Positions 1-13,599 of a stretch of DNA of 64,000 bases are shown here, piece by piece; positions within the stretch are counted from its first letter, which is position 1; every line of letters starts with the position of its first letter. Below the pieces are notes generated by a model. It did no database searches. It had not been told where the DNA came from and saw only the letters and a program-made list of their open reading frames with translations. The position numbers and the translations under genes are program-made. Source of the DNA: Eledone cirrhosa (lineage: Eukaryota); the NCBI GenBank assembly GCA_964016885.1, contig OZ024745.1:67270001-67334000 (forward strand), in the 5' to 3' direction.

Positions 1-2460
1 ATAAGTAATTTAGCAGAACCATTTCCGACGAGTAGTTTTCTCCTAGTTTATATAGTGATATATATGTGTTCTAATGAGTGTTTCGTTAGGTAAATATCAA
101 TGTATAAAATTGTTCAAATATGGATCTTGACCCCATCATCTGTGAAACGTACGTCAATGGTTAATAATCAATACAAATGGTCATGTGAAACTTCATGTCA
201 AACCTAATATATACATTCTGCTTCAGCCTAGAATGCTAATATTGGTACTACATCCACTAACCCAAACAATTACTGAAATATATATTCGAGGTAGCGTATT
301 TTACAGTTTTTTATAATCTGAATTCTTTGTTATTCATTTTAGCTGATAAATATTTGTTTCTTGTATCAATAAATATTAATAAATTTGAATGAATGACGGC
401 TTGCTAGTAAAATTTTATTTCAGTTGTGTCACAGTTTTTTTCTATATCTTGTATATTCCATGTGCAATTGTTGTTAAAGACATGAATGTATTAGCGTATA
501 TTCTTTTGTTAGTGGTGGTGTACGATTATTTGTTACCCATCTGTCTCTGGACATGAAAAATAGTGAAGGAATTCCAATGTATGCGAATTATTTATTTTTA
601 CAATGGATTCACTGAAATGAAAGGAAACGTACTAACCTGAAGCAATAAATATGAGCAAATCAGTCAGTTCAATTCATATATTTGTTACTGTGAAATTGTT
701 GATAGGTTATGTAAGTCATCCAAAACTTCAGCTTTGTTAATTCTCAACGTTGACAGTGTGTTGTGTTGTTATTAGGTAGAAGTTGAAAGAGGTGATGAAA
801 TAGAGAATGTAGGCTCTGAAATGGAAATTTCAAAATGGAATAGGACTATGTAATAAGAAATGACAAAGCAAGTAATACAAATGTAAATATTAGAATAACA
901 CTGGTGTAGCAAAGAAGAATGATATTTACTCTATTGTTATCCACCCACGAAGGGCCTTTGTTGTTCGATGTTATAATTCCTTCTCTTAAGACGTTTTGTT
1001 TGTTTGTTTTTTGTTCTTGTCCATGCAATGTGAATGTTTGATTTTCTACAGTGGATTGTTTAGAAGAATGTGCTGCTCTTCAGATATTACAGATTGTTTA
1101 ATGAAGAATGATTAAATTTATTTTTGTTATCGGTGGTGTTTGTTTTGTTTAAACTTTGTAGTCTTTCTGAAATTAATGTATGGTGTATTCAGTATTGCTA
1201 TTCTTATTGGGTATATGGTTTATCGAAGTTTCTATTCAATTTCTACAACAGTTAATAAATCTTGGTGAACAATTTGTAAAGTTTCAACGTAATTCTTTGA
1301 ATGGAGATTAAGTGTGGAAATGACTCGTAAGATTGTGAATGGCGAATCCGGAAAAAGTGTAAAATTCAACCTGAGATGTTGTATGATGTTTACCTCCAAC
1401 GCCAAAAGCTATAATCCAACCACCAAATGAAAATAGCAATAGAAACGGCAACATGTCGGGGTTTGGATACATTGAATTGATTGTTTCAAGGGAGTATTCA
1501 CCTTCCTCCGTGGCTAGATGGTTGTGTATTCGATTACCAGTTGTATAAGTATCTTCCTGTTCACGAATAACTACTGAGAATTGCTGTATATATAACCTTT
1601 ATAAATATTCTGCTATTGTGAAAGAGAGTAGCGAATTAATTATGTCTTAATATAATTTGTCATAATATTTTGTTGTTTTGTGTTTGTTTGTTTGTTTTTT
1701 GTTGTTTTTTTTTGTTGTTGTTGTTTTTGTGTGGAGGGGGTGACTCTAGTACGTCATTTATACTTTATTTTATCACATTCGGTGATCTAGTAGATATGAT
1801 GTATCGTGAATATACAATTGTGCGAATTGTGACTCTTGATTTGGAAAGGAAAGTAAATGGGAGGATAATTGATGGAAGACCAGACCATGTATTATACACA
1901 CTCCTGATTTATTGTCATTTTTGTCCTTAGTCCCCGATACGTCATCGAAAGTGAAGCTAAAGCTGAGTTATAAGCCCTAATGTTATATCAAAAGTAGAAC
2001 ATCCTTATCAGTAGTTGAGCTTAACAGTTCTTTAAACATGGAGGTTCAATGTGTAATGGATAAAAGTGACATTTGTCCATTCTCACAACACAAATTGAAC
2101 AAATAATTTTTATTATTTCCTTTAACTACATTCACTACATTCTTCATCCATTATGCACCACATTTAGTACATTTCGCAACCATCTTTCCTCATTCCATCT
2201 ATGCTAATTCCATCTTTTAATCGTTAATTGTCTGATATTTAGAAATGTTTTCCTCTTAAAACATTTTCTTCTCTCTGTTTCTTGTCTCTATGCTCTTTTA
2301 TCCACATTTCACGTTCCCTAGCGGAAGCCTGTCTGTTTCTTTTAATATTCTGTATTTGTAATCATTGCTCAGTAGTGATTAAAATATGACGGAGACGACG
2401 TTGATTGTTGAAATGTTATTATTTTTTTCTATATTTGATATATTTCCATCGTCTGCAAAT
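1..2460 (-). mobile_element. Decayed Helitron Rep/Hel N-terminal region (stops and frameshifts), probably continuing beyond the window start
   Basis: Manual minus-strand translation gives Helitron motifs in the expected order: GKMVAKCTKCGA*W (~2150-2190), FNLCCENG (~2076-2099), NIRAYNSALA (~1955-1985), IHGLVFHQLSSHLL..SQFAQLYIHD (~1803-1895), YPNPDMLPFLLLFSFGGW (~1415-1470), and a weaker GPSW match (~945-956). Support is weak below ~900. Confidence 0.8.
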
Positions 2461-3607
2461 TTATAAACGTTATTTTGACACGAAGTAGTCTTTAGTCGAC
2501 TTAGACGAAGGAAATGCACGTGCGGATGAGAAATTTCAAACAAATTTCTATTGTTTTTGTTTTTCAAACAGAGTTTAAGGAAAATAAAGCTACAGTACAT
2601 ATTTTTCTCGGAGTGTATATGTTTATTTTGTTTGCATTTGAAATAATATTTTCCTCTTTAATAAATTTAAACAAAAGAAATCATATTAAATTTTCAGAAA
2701 GTGAAAAAAAACAATTTTTTCTTTATCTCACATTTCAAATCCAAACTGTCACACTATTATATATATGTAATATATAAAAAGAAAGATTACTTGAAACCAG
2801 AAATTGGGAGTAGCTGGTTGTGTTATTAATGTTGACAGAATAAAAATCCGCTCATTAATTTGTTTTATTGCGGATTTTTGGAAAGCCACCAATATGAAAA
2901 TTATGAATAAGCGTTTGGGATTTTCTTTATGGAAAAGACGATGTTTTAGACAGTTATATAGACATTTTGTTTCGCTATATTTTGTATTTATTTACGTATT
3001 TAGATACGGACGCTGAATTCTATTTCATTTGAATTATCTATTGTATTATCATTAAGAAATTTAAACAGATAAAGTGAAACAATATCAATAAATGTAGAAA
3101 TACTTTTATAGACTTCGACAGACAATGAAATACGTATATAGCTAATGTTAGCAAACGATCGCTCTGAATGATATAAACGTAATCATTTTCCGGGAGAGAA
3201 AAACATTTTCAATGGAAAAGAAAACGCACAATTATGTTTGTATACGATGCTTTTTTTTACAAAAATGCTATCATCACGTTTCCTCAATTTGCTACATACT
3301 TTCATACAGCCTTTATTCATCAGTAAACACAATATTGCTATTTTCTGTCTCCCGTCATGTGTGAATATTATGTCATCATCTTTTTATATAACTGTATGCT
3401 AAACGCGGTGGCTTAGTGCGTAGTGAAAAGGAATCTCTTTAAATTTCATTCATTTTTAATTGTCCATTTGACATAAAGAGAACGAAGGAAGTATAATGTA
3501 ACAAAAAGAAATATTTTATAAGCCAAATTATGTTTTGTTAGAGAATGAAGGAGATGATGGCTAAAATTGAATGTTAATTTTTATCATTTACTATATTATT
3601 GATATAA

Positions 3608-3766
3608 GGTGGAGAAATTGGCAGAATCATGAGAAAGTCGAATGAAATACTTTGCAATGTTCATCCGGTTTTCTGCACTATGCGTTCAAGTTCGGCCATG
3701 GTCAACTTTGTCTTTCATCTTTCTGAGGTCAATAAAAAAAATACGAGTCTAATACTGGAGTCGAAT
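3608..3766 (+). mobile_element. Old diverged copy of the main tRNA-derived SINE (family S1)
   Basis: Matches S1 core aactttgtctttcatc..gaggtcaataaaa with degenerate A/B boxes. Confidence 0.7.
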
Positions 3767-3844
3767 CTTTCTCTCTATCTCTTTCACACTTCATCTCTGT
3801 CGCTCTCTCTCCTTACTCTGGAAGGAATTGGCTATGTTTAGATT

Positions 3845-4020
3845 TGGAGAGGATATGGGTAAGAATTGTTTCAGATGACATGGTGTTATTTAACTCGACA
3901 GAAGGTGATCTCCGACTTGGACTTGATAGGTTTGATGCCGAGTGTAGAGAGTCGCTAGTTCTCCGAATTAAAAGATCACGACTCCGATACTACAGACATG
4001 CGGTCTCAGGAAAGAATTGC
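3845..4020 (+). mobile_element. RTE-clade LINE reverse transcriptase fragment
   Basis: VSDDMVLFNSTEGDLRLGLDRFDAEC resembles the RTE ADD motif and the following DLQxALDRFxxEC. Confidence 0.6.
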
Positions 4021-4095
4021 TCTTCACGTTTTTATAAATACTTATATATATATAACCCCTATTTATATTTATTAGTACTACTATATATACATAAA

Positions 4096-4242
<147 letters not shown>

Positions 4243-4729
4243 AAGTGTGTTGAACTACATTTTCGAATGTGCTCGTTCACTCTCTTCCACTCTCCGCCTG
4301 TCTTGTTTACATATACGAGTAGTCTTATATTTTACTATTTTTCGTACCAAATACATGTATATACGTTATATTTATATATATAATACAATCGAATTTGAAT
4401 TGATTTACCAATTAAAATTCAGATAGGGCCAGATTACGATTGATAAACGTAGATGTCTTTTAAGGAAATAATTACCTCGCAAAATATCCGAATAATAAAT
4501 ATAACTAAAGCCTTATTCTACAACATATATTTAGTCAACAGGATCAAATTATTTCGTTAATTAGATCATTCAAGCAATTCTATTAGTCTTTTGGGATAAT
4601 TTGTAAATAGCAATATTCCTCGCTTGATTCCTCCCAATAAAACTATTTTCTATCTCACATTGAAGCTTACATAGATGTATACACATAATTTCATATAAAA
4701 TAAATCCCCTTCATAATCGGTATTATTTT

Positions 4730-4912
4730 GGATTGGCAGTATCGGTAGAGGGTCGGACGCCATGCTTTCCAGCATAGTTACGTCCCTTTACGATCTGAGT
4801 TCAAATCCCGCCGAGGTTGACTTTGCCTTTCATCCTTACGGGGTCGATAAAATAAAGTACCAGTAATGCACTGGATAATTGCTGGCCTTGTGCCTAAAGT
4901 AGAAACAATTAT
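4730..4912 (+). mobile_element. tRNA-derived SINE S1
   Basis: A-box-like tggcagtatcggtag, B-box gagttcaaatccc, core ctttgcctttcatccttacggggtcgataaaataaagtaccagt, tail gtagaaacaattatt. Confidence 0.92.
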
Positions 4913-5077
4913 TTTATTATGTTTCTTTCTGGTCTCGTTACATTGGAAACAGAAACTTGCCGCTTATTATCTTCTTACACTCTCTTTGACTTGGATTTGT
5001 TTGTGAAACAGGATTATAATATCGCCTGGTGAATGATTCACTGAAAGATTTAATTATGATGTAGATATTAGATAATA

Positions 5078-5200
5078 ATTGTTTCTACTTTAGGCACAAG
5101 GCCAGCAATTACCCAGTGCATTACTGGTACTTTATTTTATCGACGCCGTAAGGATGAAAGGCAAAGTTAACCTCGGCGGGATTTGAACTCAGATCGTAAA
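5078..5200 (-). mobile_element. 5'-truncated SINE S1 with probable target-site duplication gtagatattagataataat
   Basis: Reverse complement of S1; flanking repeat at ~5061 and ~5222. Confidence 0.88.
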
Positions 5201-5339
5201 TGTGATATTAGATATTAGATAGTAGATATTAGATAATAATGATAGCGAGTTATTGGCATATCGCGCGTCAAAATTTGGCGTCAATCACTTGAATGTAAGA
5301 TGAAAATTCATATATATAACTTTGATAACTTTGATAGGT

Positions 5340-6075
5340 TTCGGCCTAGCCAACTTAATAGCTCCACGTGGCGAAATCATGATTTTGAGACCATAGCCTA
5401 CTAAAGTGGTGAGTTATTGTATAGGAGGTTTCTCCAGGATTTCTTGGAAGAATTTGTCCAAAGACTTTTTGAATTTGATGTGTTCTGTTTTTATGAATTT
5501 GGGAGTAATTTTAAAGAGTGCGGGGCCAGTTGAGGTGGAATAATTGTGTAATAATGTCGTTATGAGTTGTTGTTTCTTATGTGTATTTTAAAGATGAGGC
5601 CAAAATTATTTGGCCAATGCTGATGGAATCTTTTCTACGTCATGCAGATAATGTAGCGCTCACTGCGGCGTTGGAGAGAGTAGAGGTTGAGCTATTCTTG
5701 TCGTCTCCAATAGTCACGGCCTGCTATACCATCTATCTCTTTTGTTTGTTTTTTGAAAGAAATGATTTGAAGTGCTTCAATTTTCATATTACTTAGTTTC
5801 ATGTGGAGAGATCACAGTGGAGGATAGTATTCAATGTGGGTCCAGGAAAAAGTAGAGAAGAGAAGGATCATGGTGTGGATATCTCTCGACTAGGATGTTC
5901 TGAGAATCCAGGAACACATCCTACGGGCCATGACAACTTTGTTGCTTATAGGAGCAGCCCAGCTTAGGTTGTAATCAACAATTACTACCAGGTCTCTGAT
6001 GTTGTTGGGTGCCACGAGGGTTTCAGCCGATGGAAGAGAATATGTTGGTTTCAATATATCCTGTTTTCTAAAGTG
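5340..6075 (-). mobile_element. CR1-type LINE ORF2 3' fragment (decayed)
   Basis: IRDLVVIVDYNLSWAAPISNKVVMARRMCSWILRT, then LYSLQRRSERY, GPALF and DKFLQEI, colinear with CR1-group C-termini. Confidence 0.75.
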
Positions 6076-6709
6076 GAGATGAATACAGCAAAGCATTCTA
6101 TCCGACGTTCTAATGACTCTGTCAACTCACCGCCTTTAACCTTTTTATAAGCAGGTGCACATTGGATACTACTCATTAAAACGAAAATTCTTTTGCATAG
6201 GAATATATTTACTAAATCTTTAATTCTTTATACAGTGTCAAGCATCTAAAAAAAAAGTATAGACAAACTAGAAGAACAGATGCTGTGATTATGAATAATT
6301 GATGCTCTATATTGATCTACAGGTAACCAAGCAACAATAATTATATCTATAGCAATATATTTTCTTATCTATGTAGGTTTTGTTTCAATAGATATCTAGT
6401 TATTTAAGATACTGAATGAGGATTATAGTTAAATGCATATGTAAACTGGCGTGAACTAGGAACGAGTATGTGTATATCTATCTATCTATATATATATATA
6501 TATCGGGGGGGGGGGGGGTGTATACTGAAATATAATTATCTATTACATAATATAAGAATCATATATTTTGTAATGAAAATAAACACATATTTTTCAGTAT
6601 ATGTGTGGTTAAGTAAATATGCATAGATTATAATTGTATACACATATAATTTAAATATCACACAGGTTTAACAATATACATACACACACATGCATGGAAA
6701 AACTCATAA

Positions 6710-6751
<42 letters not shown>

Positions 6752-6813
6752 TCCAGGCGTCAATCTGATATAAATATGAATTTTACATCCCTGTGTTTGT
6801 TTTGTTTCCTTCA

Positions 6814-6879
<66 letters not shown>

Positions 6880-7014
6880 TATATATACAAATGAATATAT
6901 GAGAGGGATGAACACCGATACAAGTATACATGTGTTCGAATTGAAAATGACCAAATTAGATAGGTTGAAAAATACTAATTGTAAAAGACTATTTTGAGTT
7001 TATAACTCAATATA

Positions 7015-7118
<104 letters not shown>

Positions 7119-7198
7119 TTCAAGAGTAATCAATCTTAAAGAAACATTATATGGAGTAGCGAAACAATTATAGACGGACATTATTAGTATTAGTATTG

Positions 7199-7388
7199 TG
7201 GTGGATTGGCAGTATCGGTAGAGGGTCGGACACTATGCTTTGCAGTATAGAGTTACGGCCCTTTATGATCTGAGTTCAAATCCCGCCGAGGTTAACTTTG
7301 CCTTTCATCCTTACGGGGTCGATAAAATGAAGTACCAGTAATGTACTGGGTAATTGCTGGCCTTGTGCCAAAAGTAGAAACAATTATT
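7199..7388 (+). mobile_element. tRNA-derived SINE S1
   Basis: Full-length match to other S1 copies. Confidence 0.92.
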
Positions 7389-7588
7389 AGTATCAGCATT
7401 ATTCTTTACATTCCTTACATTAAACTACAACTATGTTTACAATCTTTAAATAATGTCTTCCTTGTGAAATCTGTGGTCTTGTTTTGCTTAACTAATGAAT
7501 ATATATATATATATATATGTAATCTGAGTTTTTCGAATATTAATAATAATATTCGATTCGTTTGCAATTATGCAAACACCCTCTTTGT

Positions 7589-7650
<62 letters not shown>

Positions 7651-7664
7651 TATATGTATATATG

Positions 7665-7751
<87 letters not shown>

Positions 7752-7819
7752 GGTGTTTATGTGTGTTATATTGAAAATCTGACTGTATACCTGCTTGATT
7801 TTTTGTATTTCATTATTAG

Positions 7820-8002
7820 TTGGCAGTATCGGTAGAGGGTCGGACGCCATGCTTTGACGCATAGAGTTACGGCCCTTGCTATTCTGAGTTCAAATCCCGC
7901 CGAGGTTAATTTTGCCTTTCATCCTTACGGGGTCGATAAAATAAAGTACCACTAATGTACTGGGTAATTGCTGGCCTTGTGCCAAAGGTATAAACAATTA
8001 TT
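7820..8002 (+). mobile_element. tRNA-derived SINE S1
   Basis: Near-full-length match to other S1 copies. Confidence 0.92.
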
Positions 8003-8020
8003 AGTTCTTTATGCGAGCCC

Positions 8021-8236
8021 GGTGGATTGGCAGTATCGGTAGAGAGTCGGACGCCTTGTTTTGCAGCATAGAGTTACGGCCCTTTATGATCTGAGTTCAA
8101 ATCCCGCCGAGGTTAACTTTGCTTTTCATCCTTACGGGGTCGATAAAATAAAGTACCAGTCACGCACTGGTGTCGATTTAATCGACTTCCCCTCCTCTAA
8201 ATTGCTGGCCCTGTGCCTATATAAGAAACCATTATT
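8021..8236 (+). mobile_element. SINE S1, long-tail subtype
   Basis: S1 head and core plus extra gtcgatttaatcgacttcccc segment; similar segments occur at ~19430, ~20290 and ~62985. Confidence 0.9.
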
Positions 8237-8399
8237 ACTTCTTTATGTTTAGTTTGTAAAAGGACCTTTCGCAGATCAATGTATCCCTTAACGTTCCGAA
8301 GTATTAACAGTACCATATTCAGAATGTCAGTTATCATATCAGCGGTATGTTGCTCACGGGGTTAGTATAGATTGTAAAATATAAAATCGAGGAATGGTA

Positions 8400-8700
8400 G
8401 GAAATCATGGACGTCTGATTCAGAATTTCTCAGCGGTTGAGATATGGCAGTTATAATTGCCGCATCTAAGTGGTAATTTTGGATTTATATTTTGATATTA
8501 GTAAAGCCTTCATAGTTACTCACATTGCTTTGTTTGGATTTCTATATAGAATTATAGTATTATCAAGTACTGTAGTCGTATCAAATTCTATTCTATGCAT
8601 AGCAGAATGCTGCGTTACCTCGTTGTGATAAGGACTTTGTTAAACGAGATGAAAGTGCCGTGCTATGTCTTCAAACTTCAAATGTATATACCAGACCATC
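8400..8700 (+). mobile_element. Highly decayed LINE RT fragment
   Basis: DLYFDISKAF..H at ~8483-8523 resembles the DxIYLDFSKAFDxVxH motif. Confidence 0.4.
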
Positions 8701-9520
8701 TTGTTGTAAATGATAGTTGCTACTAAGGTATAGTTTTTAGACTTATTTAACTAGATTACTAAAACTTATCCAGCAGAGACAATGAAAACAAACACAGTTT
8801 GGAACTATATATTTGCACACTATTCTTTACAATTATATCTTATTAAATCACCTTCGATTGTTCCAATCCTAGTCATTTAATTATGTATATAACATGTACT
8901 ATTTAATCTATTTTTTCCTATAAGATTTTCACTGCATAAGAAAACCAGATGTTTTGTGAAAGACATTAACGTTACAGATAATACTTTATAGATGCTAAAC
9001 ATTTTATTTAAAGTTATAACACGATCAGTGGTATCTCTAATAGTTAGATTGCAATAGATTCGCAGTAGATTCGAACAAAATTACTCTAGACAGCATCGCA
9101 ATATTCTATAAATATCATTCTCCGAGTAAGCAACGTAAACTATAAGAGTTGTGCTTAAAATGATACACTTTTTAAAATGGAAATTTAATCAAAGGAAGAT
9201 ATAAAACAACCTGTCTTCGCCGATATTACACATTACCATCAATGGAATTGAATTGTAGAGACATTGGAATGTCTTCCTGGATACATGGTAGTAATTATGT
9301 TGTTCTGTTTATTCGCGTTTTACGGAAGAATTACGAGCTTAAGACAGGAATGAAAAATTTACTACTAATAATGAATTACTCTTCCATATTCTGTACACAT
9401 CCGCTTATGTATGTGTGTCTATATATATATATATATACATAAATGTACATTCAGATGGACATATGCACAAGCACACATACTCAAACATATGTGTGTGTGT
9501 GTATGTATGTTTATATATAG

Positions 9521-9718
9521 AGGGAAATAGTCAGGACACCGACGGCAGAGCTCAAGCCGTTTAGACGGCTATTTCTGGACTCAGAAATAGCCGTCGAAAC
9601 GGCTTGAGCTCTGCCCTCGGGGTTTTGATTGTTTTCCTATTACCCACTCTACTACCCAAAGTATCGAGTAATCTGGTGCGTTATGGTCCACCTGGGGTTC
9701 TTTACAACACTTCCTTCG

Positions 9719-9719
<1 letters not shown>
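9521..9719. mobile_element. TA-flanked foldback element family A (other copies 27260-27392, 31630-31805, 57729-57896); probable Penelope-like terminal fragment
   Basis: Four related copies, all bounded by (TA)n; three carry an internal inversion around gccgtcGAAAcggcttgagc (hammerhead-like 3' half only). Confidence 0.65.
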
Positions 9720-9748
<29 letters not shown>

Positions 9749-9749
<1 letters not shown>

Positions 9750-9848
9750 CAGAAATGGCTTCTACAGGACTAGAACTGTTTCAGATGATGTCCTTCAAAT
9801 GAAACAGTTCCAGTCCTGTAGAAGCCATTTCTATATTAAATTTTGTTA
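9749..9848. mobile_element. TA-flanked foldback element family B (also 11301-11336 and 11363-11560)
   Basis: Inverted arms agaaatggcttctacaggactagaactgtttca / tgaaacagttc(c/t)agtcctgtagaagccatttct. Confidence 0.7.
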
Positions 9849-9861
9849 TATATATATATAT

Positions 9862-11170
9862 ATAACCCTATAGCAAATATTTATCAAAATAACAGATTAA
9901 AGTTTAAGCAAAGAATCGCTGCTTTCACCCTTAACGGGATCTTCTGAAACTAAAAAAATCAATCTGTGAACGCAGAGGTAAATATTTCAAAAAACATTGC
10001 AACCGAAGGAAAACAGGAAGACGATACTTTGGTTCGTGGAGACGTTCCCTAGCAATGAACGTAAAGCGAAGCTAATTCGTCGTTATGTGGATCGTTGAGA
10101 ACAATTACACGCAAAGAAAAAACCGCGTTTATGGTATAAATTAAGTCATAGACTAATATTCTATTTGGGAAACCGAATGATTCTCGATTCAGAATTATGA
10201 ATAATGTAAAATGAAAATGACAGAGGTTATTAAAATCAATAATAATTAAATATATACTTAAACGCATCGATATACGTACATACACGTGCATACGCGAAAA
10301 CACCCACCATGCATGCATATACATGCACGTACACATAAACGCATCACATACATAAACCTGCGCGACACCTGTACCCACGTACATACGAACGTATGCACCA
10401 AATACACATAAATATATATATATATATATATAGACGTATATAAATATACACACATAAATACGTATATAACGCACACACACACATGCCTACAGGTAAATAC
10501 ACATATGTTCACGAAGAGTGCGTCAACCAAAACACAAATCTTACATACGTGCAAACACGCAAACACACACAAAATACACAAAATACACATATACACATAA
10601 GTATATACACACATACCAGTATATATAATATAATATATACACCTATAACATATACAAGCATATATACGTACGAGAAAGTATACGTACCTTCACAAAACAT
10701 ACGGGTAAGATATACTTACCTATACAAATAAGTAATGGTATAAACATATAATATACTTAGCTACCATATCAAGACGTAAATTATCCGCGTATTGTTCCTA
10801 CTAATTTATTTATTTATATTTATTTATATTATTCTTAACTCTGAAGCCGAGAATCATTCGGTTTACCAAATAGAATATTAGTCTACGACTTCATTTATAC
10901 AATAAACGTGGTTTGTCTTTGCGTGTAATTGTTCTCACGCGCCACATAATGACATATTATCTTCGTTTTTTTCCGTTCATTGCCAGGGAACGTCTTCACG
11001 AACCAAAGTATCATCTTCCTGTTTTCTTTCGGTTGCAACGTTATTCAAAATATTTACTTGTGCGTTTACGGATTGATTTTTTTAGTTTCAGAAGATCCCG
11101 TTAAGGGTGAAAGCAGCGATTCTTTGCTTAAACTTTAATCTGTTATTTTAATAAATATATATATAGGTTA
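9862..11170. repeat. ~330-bp diverged inverted repeat pair (9862-10205 / 10828-11170) around an AC-rich spacer; degenerate hammerhead-like motif in both arms
   Basis: Arms are reverse complements. Motif CAGAAGA-t-ccc-gttaa-ggg-t-GAAA at ~11089-11112 has U4 replaced by A. Confidence 0.8.
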
Positions 11171-11234
11171 TGTAACTGTTATAGAAACACGTGTCAATAA
11201 ATTCCTTTCAACTAAACTGTATCCATTCAAATCT

Positions 11235-11304
<70 letters not shown>

Positions 11305-11556
11305 CTGTAGAAGCCATTTCTATATTAAATTTTGTTATATATATATATGTATATATATATATATAACAAAATTTAATATAGAAATGGCTTCTACAGGACT
11401 AGAACTGTTGCATTCGAAGGACAACATGTGATTTCCTTCGAATGAAACAGTTCTAGTCCTGTAGAAGCCATTTCTATATTAAATTTTGTTGAACACACTC
11501 TACTAATGTATTGAGTACCTTACTTACTGTGGTTACTTCCGATTGAACCCGGGACT

Positions 11557-11597
<41 letters not shown>

Positions 11598-11599
11598 GG

Positions 11600-12208
11600 G
11601 GGGCCGATTTAAGGAACGTTTCCTGACCCATCAATCTACCTTCAGGTACCCGGACAGACGTTCATCCACGAAACTCGCGAGCCACGTATGGTCCCTCAAG
11701 GACTCAAGTATAGACTACTCCATCAATGGAAAGCCATCACTAAGTCCAAGCCATACGCAAAGGGAAATCCGACGTGTGGCTTATGACGAACGAATAACTA
11801 TTCTAAAGAGTTTACGCAATAGTGATTGTCTAAACACGAGAAATGAATTTTTCACACGTTGTCCACACGTCGCCAAACACCTATTGCATAACTAAAGGCA
11901 CTGGACTGATTCTTTGTAATTTTATTTTCAACCTAAAAACTTTTCGGACTTTCGCAGTTATCTCCCTTACACCTTTCGCACGCAGTCTAGTATTGCCTGT
12001 GTGAAGTGACCGGGTTTCTGCGCATAAGCGTTCGTACGGTTGTCCGTCCTGTTCCTATAACCATGCCCATTCCGAGCTGAGGATCCGCTAAGGTGAAACA
12101 ACTGTTCTCAGTATGGTGAACTAACTGTTGTGTAACCACTTCTACCTAACTCGTCCCATAGACTGAGTGCTCTACCACTTCGGATATTACCTTCCAGTGT
12201 TCCACCAT
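11600..12208 (+). mobile_element. Penelope-like (Naiad-type) retroelement 3' end: GIY-YIG endonuclease C-terminus, UTR and hammerhead-bearing pLTR, in (TA)n
   Basis: FKERFLTHQSTFR..STKLASHVWSLKD..(frameshift)WKAITKSKPY..CGL*..(frameshift)ERITIL..CLNTRNEFFTRCPH..stop at 11895; hammerhead downstream. Confidence 0.8.
12067..12116 (+). ncRNA. Type I hammerhead ribozyme
   Basis: ccattccgag-CTGAGGA-t-cc-gctaa-gg-t-GAAA-c-aact-gTT-ctcagtatgg; stem I pairs at 8 of 10 positions. Confidence 0.75.
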
Positions 12209-12237
12209 TATATATATATATATATATATATATATAG

Positions 12238-12369
<132 letters not shown>

Positions 12370-12514
12370 ATATGTGTGTGTATGTATACATATATTTTTG
12401 TGTATATTTATATATATGTATATGTGCATATATATATGTGTGTATATGTGTTTGTATATGTATATATATATATGTATATGTGTATATATGTGTGTGTGTA
12501 TATGTGTATATGTA

Positions 12515-12554
<40 letters not shown>

Positions 12555-12847
12555 AGTATATATGTATATATATGTGTGTGTGTGTGTTAATGTAGCGAAG
12601 ATAATACGTCAGCAATGACGTGTTCGTCAGAATGTCGTTATGCAGACACGCAGACATACATACAGATATTATAAGGGCTCAACGGAGATCGATAACTGGC
12701 GCCTAACACCCCTTTAACAACTGAAAATTGAAAAATAAAAGCTGCAGTTAATATCTTTAGACCGCAAGGAATATATAAATACAAGTTTGAAGTCAATCGG
12801 AGTAGAAATGCGGATTTGTATAGACTTTGCAAAAATGAGGACACACA

Positions 12848-12935
<88 letters not shown>

Positions 12936-12959
12936 CACACACACAGACAACAACAGTTT

Positions 12960-13361
<402 letters not shown>

Positions 13362-13374
13362 TATATATATATAC

Positions 13375-13462
<88 letters not shown>

Positions 13463-13517
13463 ACCAGTATTTTTGTGGTACTGGTAAAAAGGGCGTACAT
13501 TATTCGATATTTTCACT

Positions 13518-13595
<78 letters not shown>

Positions 13596-13599
<4 letters not shown>

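Noticed and set aside
4730-4815. tRNA genes suggested by A and B boxes
   Set aside because: No cloverleaf; they are SINE heads followed by the shared SINE body.
12595-12845. Possible Helentron/DINE-like non-autonomous element
   Set aside because: General resemblance only; single copy in the window and no definable termini.
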